Assembly (NCBI GenBank): GCA_027031765.1
Contig: JALVPN010000171.1
Span: 1-10,472, forward strand
Length of the DNA stretch: 10,472 nucleotides
Direction: 5' to 3'
DNA from: Promethearchaeota archaeon
Lineage (GTDB): Archaea > Asgardarchaeota > Thorarchaeia > Thorarchaeales > Thorarchaeaceae
In this document: positions 1 to 6,530 of the stretch, in pieces
How the letters are laid out: the number at the start of each line of letters is the position of its first letter
How positions within the stretch are numbered: position 1 is the stretch's first letter
Position numbers and translations under genes: made by a program
Notes under the pieces: model-generated
Told to the model about the DNA's origin: nothing
The model's database searches: none
Seen by the model: the letters and a program-made list of their open reading frames with translations, nothing else

Positions 1-176
1 CGTACGAACCGCCGCCGTATCATGTCCTCAAGCCGGTTCTTGAGGAGCTTCCCAAGCGGGCCGAGGTCGTAGAAGCCGGCACTGCCACCGTAAATCTCTG
101 GTGACGGGCCCCAGAAGAAGCCCCGCAACTTGCACAGCGCCGTGACGGTCTCTCTGAAGTCGCTCTGGGAACTCAT
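1..176 (-). CDS. glyS: Glycine--tRNA ligase, archaeal/eukaryotic alpha2 type; 5' part only, runs off the left edge
   Basis: Manual translation from ATG at 176-174 gives MSSQSDFRETVTALCKLRGFFWGPSPEIYGGSAGFYDLGPLGKLLKNRLEDMIRRRFV. This matches the GlyRS N-terminal signature RGFF.PS.EIYGG..GFYD.GP.G.LLK. Not in the supplied ORF track because no stop lies in the window. Confidence 0.92.
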   Translation of the reverse strand, partial: MSSQSDFRETVTALCKLRGFFWGPSPEIYGGSAGFYDLGPLGKLLKNRLEDMIRRRFV

Positions 177-211
177 CTGGAACAACCTGCGGGACGCTGA
201 GATGGTGGCGA

Positions 212-218
212 CTTAAAC
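212..218 (-). promoter_or_regulatory. Putative archaeal TATA box for glyS
   Basis: Minus strand reads GTTTAAG, ending 36 nt upstream of the glyS ATG. It is the only AT-rich patch in this GC-rich intergenic region. Confidence 0.5.
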
Positions 219-423
219 CTATGCCTGCAATGCCTGCGCTGCAAGGAGGTGGTAACACGCCAACAGCGGCTGCAGTGTCATGCTCATGGACGCTCGCTGC
301 TGTCGGGCCGGGCAATGCCCCCACGTCGTGTCCGGTCCTTCTGGTGTGGGGCCGCACTTGTGCCTGGTGCAGCTGCCACTCCCCACGTAGAGTTGAGGGC
401 CCTGCGTTCCTATCAGGCTGTTG

Positions 424-2682
424 TCAGGCAGCCGGGAGCGAGACGAGGACCGTCATGTTGGTGAGCTCGAGTTCCTCCGCCTCTTCCAAGACAGTGACCC
501 GGCCCCCGTACAGCGTGGTGAGGCGGCGTGCGACTGCAATGTCAAGGTCCTGGACACGCTCTGCACAGAAGTAGCGCTGGAACAGCTCGCGGAGCTGCTC
601 GGCCTGTGAGACCGTTGTCACGACGGTCAGACGGATGTCGATAGTGTGTGGGGACGTGCGGTCAGCAGGGCCTATTGCGGACAGGTTGATGCCAGTCCCG
701 GGCTCTATGCGCCGGATGACGGCCCTCAGGAGGTGGAAGAACAGGCGCTGGAGGAGTGGCGTCGCACGAGCAAAGTACGTCCCTACAGTACCGTCGACCA
801 TGACAATCGAGCGTATGTCAGGTACGGCAGCCGCGAGGGCACCGATTGCATGGTTGAACATGGCAATGACGTCGAAGTCCTCAAGCTCGTCAGGTGAGAA
901 CCGTTCGGTGCGTACAAGGGTCACCATCATCTGGGTCAGTTCGTCTGCACTGGAGAGGTGCGTCAGCGCTCTCAGCACACGCTCCATGGGCTCTTTTCCA
1001 AGGTCGCCACGGTTGGTAAGCTCGTAGAGCTCGTCTGACGCGGCAGCGTGCTCCCTGCTGATCGTGGTGGCGACCATGGCGGTGGCAGCCGACACGTGGG
1101 ACAGGAACCGCTGCGATGTCATGCTCCGGGTGGAGTAGAACAGCAACAGGAGGAACGGCAACATGAGTGTCGGGACGGCGAGCACCACCTCCGCAGACCA
1201 CCACCCGATTGTCCACGGCACGTAGTTACCCCGCAGTGTCAGTGACACTATCCAGATCATCAGGGAACCGGCGGCGGACATGCCGACGGCCACTTTTTCA
1301 CCCGACTCGATTGCCAGCAGGGTGAGCAGGTATGCGAGTTCAAAGACCGCGACAGTGCCAAGGAACACCAGGAGGGCGTCTCCTATGGGGTGGGTCACGA
1401 TACCGGGGACTGCGACCGTCAGGTAGTCGTAGACGGCCTCGCCGAGGACTACGGCCACGACGACGAAGACGTAACCGTACCACTGCGCATGACCAGAGGT
1501 GGAGGCCGACCTGTCAGCGGGTGGCCGGAGCAGTCTACGAATCGCCACTCCGAGCGCCACGACGGTGACCAGGCCTCCGACGACATATGGGACAATGGCC
1601 TCACCCAGTGGGCCGTAGAACGGGTGAAAGTGCTCCAGGGCCGTCGCAACGTCGAGGACAGACCATGAGAAGAGGGCAAATGCCACGGGGGAATAGGACC
1701 ATGATGTGCGGTCACTCGCCTCGGTCACGAGCAACAGGCCGACCACGGTCGCCATCATCGCTGACGAGAGGTGTATGCTGATGGTGAGGACCGGGTTCAC
1801 CACAGACTGGAGGCCCAAGAGGGCTGCCATGAGGTACGAGCCGATGAAGGGTGCGACCACGAGCAACGGGAACATGAGCACGACCCCATATGCAAAGAGC
1901 GGCCTGATGCCAACAGAGCGTAGCAATGGGTAGCATGTCGCAATAATGACCACCATCAGGGCACCCGCTTCCAGACCCATCGTGAAGACCCAGAGACCGG
2001 CCTCGACCAGTGTTGCAAGGGCGACCATCAGTGAGGAGAGTGCGAACAGGAGGGCTGCTACTGAGAGCCTGAGCGGGTCCGTCAGCTGGTCTGCGTATTG
2101 CTGACGGTAGGCCCCGACTGCTACGAGCACGAACACTACCACACCTGACAGGGCGACCACAGTGGACACCTGACCGGTCCAGTCCGGGAGCAGGCCCGAC
2201 ACGTACAGCCCATAGAAGACCGACAGGACCAATATGCCCGTGCCTGTGGACACGGCTGCTGCGCGCCCGGTCTCAGCAAGACCAAGAGCATCACCCTCGC
2301 GGCCGGCCAGTGACACAGCACCAAGGAAGAGGACGCCGGTCGTGAGGAGGTGCACTGCGTGGACAAAAGTCCCCGGACCCGTTGACCAGAGGCCCGACAG
2401 TCCGACCAAGAAGATGTGGCTCAGTGTCACGACGACGTGCATGAACCAAGTGGTGACAACAGCACCGAACAGCACCCTGTGGTACTGTGACGGGTCCGTC
2501 CTCATGACACTGAACACTGACGCGGAGGCCGCAGCCGACAGGAGCATGAGGACCGTAGTAACGACTACGACCAGCTGGCGGCTCTCAAGGGGAGGAGAAG
2601 TGACGTAGATGAGAGCGCACACAGCAGTCAGCACCAATAGGCCGATGACAATCCGGGCACCCCGGTGCCTGATAACATGCAT
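424..2682 (-). CDS. Polytopic (~16 TM) membrane sensor with a C-terminal degenerate HisKA/HATPase_c-like module (probable pseudo-histidine kinase)
   Basis: 752-aa ORF with about 16 hydrophobic segments in aa 10-517. The C-terminal ~235 aa follow the HK layout: LLQRLFFHLLRAVIRR (N-box position), QLRELFQRYF (F-box), DLDIAVARRLTTLYGGRVTV (G2 box plus GG.I.V), and a terminal VLVSLP strand. Confidence 0.8.
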   Translation of the reverse strand: MHVIRHRGARIVIGLLVLTAVCALIYVTSPPLESRQLVVVVTTVLMLLSAAASASVFSVMRTDPSQYHRVLFGAVVTTWFMHVVVTLSHIFLVGLSGLWSTGPGTFVHAVHLLTTGVLFLGAVSLAGREGDALGLAETGRAAAVSTGTGILVLSVFYGLYVSGLLPDWTGQVSTVVALSGVVVFVLVAVGAYRQQYADQLTDPLRLSVAALLFALSSLMVALATLVEAGLWVFTMGLEAGALMVVIIATCYPLLRSVGIRPLFAYGVVLMFPLLVVAPFIGSYLMAALLGLQSVVNPVLTISIHLSSAMMATVVGLLLVTEASDRTSWSYSPVAFALFSWSVLDVATALEHFHPFYGPLGEAIVPYVVGGLVTVVALGVAIRRLLRPPADRSASTSGHAQWYGYVFVVVAVVLGEAVYDYLTVAVPGIVTHPIGDALLVFLGTVAVFELAYLLTLLAIESGEKVAVGMSAAGSLMIWIVSLTLRGNYVPWTIGWWSAEVVLAVPTLMLPFLLLLFYSTRSMTSQRFLSHVSAATAMVATTISREHAAASDELYELTNRGDLGKEPMERVLRALTHLSSADELTQMMVTLVRTERFSPDELEDFDVIAMFNHAIGALAAAVPDIRSIVMVDGTVGTYFARATPLLQRLFFHLLRAVIRRIEPGTGINLSAIGPADRTSPHTIDIRLTVVTTVSQAEQLRELFQRYFCAERVQDLDIAVARRLTTLYGGRVTVLEEAEELELTNMTVLVSLPAA

Positions 2683-2874
2683 CTGAGTTCAGCTCACACC
2701 ACGCGCTGTCCACACCGCTGACACGGGACAAGATAGAGGTTCCGCTGATGTATTCTCCGCGGGAGGTGTCCCATGCGGCCCATACGTCCGCCGAACTCAG
2801 GACGCGTGGGTACGACGTCAGCGTGGGTAGTTGGCCCTGCCAGACGGCACACCCCGGGCCTGCCGCAGCCCGTG

Positions 2875-2887
2875 CCCTTAATTAGGG
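2875..2887 (+). promoter_or_regulatory. Putative TATA box (TTAATTA) for HMG-CoA reductase, inside a CCCT/AGGG inverted repeat
   Basis: CCCTTAATTAGGG is centred ~30 nt upstream of the GTG at 2911, a spacing consistent with a leaderless or short-leader transcript. No SD motif lies in between. Confidence 0.5.
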
Positions 2888-2910
2888 AGTGCAGGCCGCA
2901 GGTGTTGTGA

Positions 2911-4191
2911 GTGGTCACATTGGTAAAGGACTCAAGGATATCGGGGTTCTACAAGCTGACACGTGAAGAGCGGGTCGCCAGACTGCTCGAACTCACAGGC
3001 CTTGACAGGAAGGAGGCCGCGCCCCTCACAGACCCGGGGCAGGTGGACATGTCAGTCCTCGACCACATGATTGAGAATGTGGTAGGTGCCATGACGCTGC
3101 CGCTCGGGATTGCAACGAACTTCCGTATCAATGGCAGGGACTACCTCGTCCCCATGGCGATAGAGGAGCCCTCGGTGGTGGCCGCCGCAAGCAATGCGGC
3201 AAGGATTGCGCGGCCACACGGTGGCTTCACGGCGGTGGACACGGGGCCCCTCATGATTGCGCAGATACAGGCGGTCAATGTCCCGACACCCTTTGCAGCA
3301 AAGCAGCGCGTCCTGGAGGCGAAGGAAGAGATCCTCGCACTGGCAAATGAGCAGGACCCCGTCCTCGTCAGGTTCGGTGGTGGGGCGCGTGACGTACGCG
3401 TGCGGGTCATAGACTCAGCGGTCGGCCCGATGGTCATCACAGAGCTCATCGTGGACACAAGGGACGCCATGGGTGCCAATGCGGTCAACACCATGGCTGA
3501 GGCCCTCGCACCGACAGTCGAGCGGCTGACTGGAGGACGCGTGCTGCTGAGGATACTGTCCAACCTTGCAGACCTCAGGCTGGTACGTGCACGTGCCACC
3601 TTCGATGCGGAGCTCCTCGGCGGTGAGGAGGTGGTCGACGGTATCATTGCCGCATGGGCCTTTGCAGAGGCCGACCCCTACAGGTGCGCCACCCACAACA
3701 AGGGCATCATGAACGGGATTGATGCGGTGGTCATTGCCACTGGGAACGACTTCAGGGCCATCGAGGCCGGGGCACACAGTTATGCGGCTGTCGGTGGCTA
3801 CAGCTCGCTGACAAAGTACGAGAAGGCACCGGACGGCAACCTTGTCGGCTCAATCGAGGTGCCCATGGCTGTGGGGCTGGTGGGCGGTGCCACAAAGGTG
3901 CACCCTGTGGCACGGGCATGCGTGAAGATCCTCGGGGTGAAGACTGCAGCAGAGCTCGCACATGTGATTGCCAGCGTGGGCCTTGCACAGAACCTTGCTG
4001 CCCTGCGTGCGCTCGCGGCAGAGGGAATCCAGAAGGGACACATGGCACTCCATGCACGGAATGTGGCAGCGACCGCAGGCGCACGGGGCGACATGATAGA
4101 CAGGGTCGCCGAGATACTCGTCCGGGAGAAGAAGATAAACGTGGAGCGTGCGAGGGAGGTGCTCGCTGAGCTCCAGGGCGGTGGAGAGTAG
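2911..4191 (+). CDS. mvaA: Hydroxymethylglutaryl-CoA reductase, class II
   Basis: 426 aa with class II motifs ENVVG, PMAIEEPSVVAAAS, DAMGAN, RILSNL, THNKGIMNGIDAV..ATGNDFRAIEA and GIQKGHMALH. Catalytic E/K/D/H positions are present. The start is GTG 2911, or TTG 2920 as an alternative. Confidence 0.96.
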   Translation: MVTLVKDSRISGFYKLTREERVARLLELTGLDRKEAAPLTDPGQVDMSVLDHMIENVVGAMTLPLGIATNFRINGRDYLVPMAIEEPSVVAAASNAARIARPHGGFTAVDTGPLMIAQIQAVNVPTPFAAKQRVLEAKEEILALANEQDPVLVRFGGGARDVRVRVIDSAVGPMVITELIVDTRDAMGANAVNTMAEALAPTVERLTGGRVLLRILSNLADLRLVRARATFDAELLGGEEVVDGIIAAWAFAEADPYRCATHNKGIMNGIDAVVIATGNDFRAIEAGAHSYAAVGGYSSLTKYEKAPDGNLVGSIEVPMAVGLVGGATKVHPVARACVKILGVKTAAELAHVIASVGLAQNLAALRALAAEGIQKGHMALHARNVAATAGARGDMIDRVAEILVREKKINVERAREVLAELQGGGE

Positions 4192-4457
4192 CCCTACTGC
4201 CCCTGTACGTGCCGTGCCCGGACAGCAGGTGCACAACACAGCTGCGGCCCTAGAACACCGACAGAGCTGCGCGGCACCGTGACGGACGGGAGGCCGGGCC
4301 TCTGCCGGCCCCACCGGTAGGAGCAGGTACCCCTGCCATTCGATTTTCGGACCCCCGTCCATCAACACAACATATTTCTGGTGACCGGCATAGTTACGGG
4401 ACGGTCTAATTGCTGACGTGGCACTCCATCCGTCGTCGGTAGCGGAGTCGATAAGAC

Positions 4458-5204
4458 ATGGAAGAGGACTGCACGCAATGGGAACGCCTTGCAGGCGAGT
4501 TTGCGGAGGCTGAGAACTACTACCAGGCTGCACACCAGTACAAACACGCTGCCAGCTGCTATCTTGACAGGGTCATTGAGATGACGAGGAAGGCGGCCGA
4601 GTACTTCCACATGTATGCAGAACAGAACGTGGAGAAGGACGACCACAGGACTGCTGCCACCGCATACTTCGAGGCCGCGACACAGTACCGTCAGGTCGAT
4701 GACATGGGCACGGCGCTGACACTGTACGAGAACGCAGCTGAACAGGCCCTGAAAGAGGACATGATAGAGACCGCCGCGCAGGCCTACCTCTGGGCCGCGT
4801 ACGCCTGCTACAGGCTCGGGAACATGGACTACTTCGTCGAGTGCGCCAAGAACATGGGCGACCTGTACGACAGGGCAGCCGACAGGGCACTGGAGGCAGG
4901 CAATGCCCAGCGCGTGGTGATGGACCTGGCCCTTGCTGCAATGGGGCTTGCCACTACGGACAGGGTGGACGACGCGCTTGAACGGGTCGAGAAGGCAAAA
5001 CGCGTAATCGGTAAGACACGCGGGGACTGGATGGAGACCATGCTTGAGTTCAGTGAGGCCCTGGCGAAGAATGACCTCGACACGGCAGATGACCTGCTCA
5101 GGGAGTTCCGCGAGGAGGAGACCGTACAACAGGTCATGCGGGCATGTCTTGAGATCAGACAGGAGGAGGCCAAGAAACGGCGGCGCGCGGCCGCCAGTCA
5201 GTGA
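4458..5204 (+). CDS. SNAP/Sec17-like (NSF attachment protein fold) TPR-type alpha-solenoid protein
   Basis: 248 aa, all-helical and acidic, with repeated A..Y..AA..Y motifs (AAHQYKHAASCY, AATAYFEAATQY, ALTLYENAAEQA, AAQAYLWAAYAC). No signal peptide or TM segment. Strong GC3 bias supports coding. The SNAP-specific assignment is by eye. Confidence 0.75.
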   Translation: MEEDCTQWERLAGEFAEAENYYQAAHQYKHAASCYLDRVIEMTRKAAEYFHMYAEQNVEKDDHRTAATAYFEAATQYRQVDDMGTALTLYENAAEQALKEDMIETAAQAYLWAAYACYRLGNMDYFVECAKNMGDLYDRAADRALEAGNAQRVVMDLALAAMGLATTDRVDDALERVEKAKRVIGKTRGDWMETMLEFSEALAKNDLDTADDLLREFREEETVQQVMRACLEIRQEEAKKRRRAAASQ

Positions 5205-6445
5205 ACCCTCACAAGGGAGCTCTGTACGACCTCGGGCCCTCCATCAGCTGATGACACCTTCACTGTGACCAGCTGGTCGCCAGCAGCCAACGCCCGCACA
5301 TATAGCTGGAACCTCATGCGTTCGCCGGAGCCGAGGAACTCGACCGTCTTCTTGCTGCTGCCCAGCGTCAGCACCAGACCATCGGAGAGGTCAATGGACA
5401 GCTCCAGACCACTCGCTGGGCCATCACCCTCGTTACCCAGCACGGCGTCTATTACGATCTCGTCGTTGAGACCGCAGCTGATACGCTGGGGCTCCAACGC
5501 AAGCGTGAGCGCTGGGGGGGCATGCTGTACATCGAACTCGATGGTGTTGCTGACCTTGTGTGCAAGTACGTGCGCACCCTCAAGGGTGAGCCTGAACGGG
5601 CCTACCACGGCACTACCACTGAGTACAGGGATCACCTCCAGCAGCCACGAGTCCTCAGCCAGTGGCTCACCTGAGAAGACCGGGCCGCGTGTCAGGGTGA
5701 CGTTGTTGCTCAGCGAGACCCGGTGTGCGGTGACCCTGACAGGCTCAGGACAGCGGTAGCGGAGCTCCAGCTCTAGGGGCACCTTCACACTGACCGCCGA
5801 CGGCTCAGGGCCAGCCCACTCCAGTACGACCTCCGTGCTCAGGGCCAGGTCCACGCACGACACCACAAACTCGACGAGCTGGCGCTCGGCATCAGAGGCC
5901 TTGACTGCTGAGGCCAACCGCTGGATCTTTGACAGAGGGGTCTCCTCCCCGTGACATAGGACGGCCACACACGTCTCTGCGAAGGCATACGGTGCAGTCT
6001 TCTTACCACCGGGTAGGCGCTTGTTGGCCTTGTGGAGCAGGTTCACAGCTGTGTCAAAGCTGCGGGCCGCCAGGTAACAGAGTATCGACAGTGAGATGGC
6101 CCGGCCAGACTGGGACACGCGTCGGGCCCGGAAGAGGTGGTCAGATGCCTCAGAGTACAGGCCACCAGCCTCGTCAAACCGCCGGTCGATGAGCAAGACC
6201 TCCGCAGCGGCTGTCTTCATAGCCGCAGCACGGGTGTGGTCGTCAGCCTGTAGAGCGGTGTACGCTGCCTCACGGAAGTACTTGACGGCAAACTCGACAT
6301 CCTCCACCTCCAGGAACAGGCGTGCCGCCTTCTCGTACTCCACGCTCGCATAGTCGGGGTAGTCATCCTCAATCTCCTTCAGGGCCTTCTCAATATGCCG
6401 CTTCGCCTTCTTCACGGGATCCTTCTTGAACAGTCTTCCGAACAT
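5198..6445 (-). CDS. SNAP-like TPR solenoid (aa ~1-205) fused to two Ig-like beta-sandwich domains (second one DUF11/CARDB-like)
   Basis: 415 aa. The N-half is helical with EYEKAARLF, YFREAAYTA and RRFDEAGGLYSEAS. The C-half has alternating beta-strand patterns, including VLGNEGDGPASGLELSIDLSDGLVL, which resembles the DUF11/CARDB V.N.G..PA..V motif. No signal peptide, so it is likely cytoplasmic. Confidence 0.75.
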   Translation of the reverse strand: MFGRLFKKDPVKKAKRHIEKALKEIEDDYPDYASVEYEKAARLFLEVEDVEFAVKYFREAAYTALQADDHTRAAAMKTAAAEVLLIDRRFDEAGGLYSEASDHLFRARRVSQSGRAISLSILCYLAARSFDTAVNLLHKANKRLPGGKKTAPYAFAETCVAVLCHGEETPLSKIQRLASAVKASDAERQLVEFVVSCVDLALSTEVVLEWAGPEPSAVSVKVPLELELRYRCPEPVRVTAHRVSLSNNVTLTRGPVFSGEPLAEDSWLLEVIPVLSGSAVVGPFRLTLEGAHVLAHKVSNTIEFDVQHAPPALTLALEPQRISCGLNDEIVIDAVLGNEGDGPASGLELSIDLSDGLVLTLGSSKKTVEFLGSGERMRFQLYVRALAAGDQLVTVKVSSADGGPEVVQSSLVRVH

Positions 6446-6450
6446 CGGTC

Positions 6451-6520
6451 GGCCTCACTCGTCTGGACAAGAAGACCCAAAAGCACACCGGCTTTATCGG
6501 TTTCGGCCAGCAGCAGGAGG
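6451..6520. promoter_or_regulatory. 85-bp divergent intergenic region with one central TATA-like element and SD-like motifs for both genes
   Basis: CTTTAT at 6492-6497 (ATAAAG on the minus strand). AGGAGG at 6515-6520 lies 10 nt before ATG 6531. GTGAGG on the minus strand lies ~7 nt before the ATG at 6445. Confidence 0.4.
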
Positions 6521-6530
6521 CACCAGACAC

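Noticed and set aside
5-24. GAACCGCCGCCGTATC resembling group IIC intron domain V
   Set aside because: It lies inside the glyS coding sequence on the opposite strand, and the 3' arm of domain V is absent.
221-423. Short ORFs and an ATGCCTGC tandem duplication between glyS and the sensor gene
   Set aside because: The ORFs overlap the sensor's 3' end and are not protein-like; an 8-bp duplication is within chance expectation.
4192-4457. GC-rich hairpins in the HMGR-SNAP intergenic region (GGCCGG/CCGGCC near 4293-4311; ACTCC/GGAGT near 4423-4448)
   Set aside because: Stems of 5-6 bp are expected by chance at this GC content, and there is no U-tract or recognisable riboswitch motif.
4362-5129. 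255-aa antisense ORF, and the 227-aa ORF at 3850-4533 (-)
   Set aside because: These are shadows of high-GC3 sense genes (SNAP-like and HMGR), with no motifs or protein-like composition.
6426-6530. N-terminal extension of AlaX given by the ORF track (start 6426)
   Set aside because: It overlaps the start of the divergent 6445 gene, is low-complexity, and spans the promoter region. ATG 6531 has an SD and gives a typical AlaX N-terminus.
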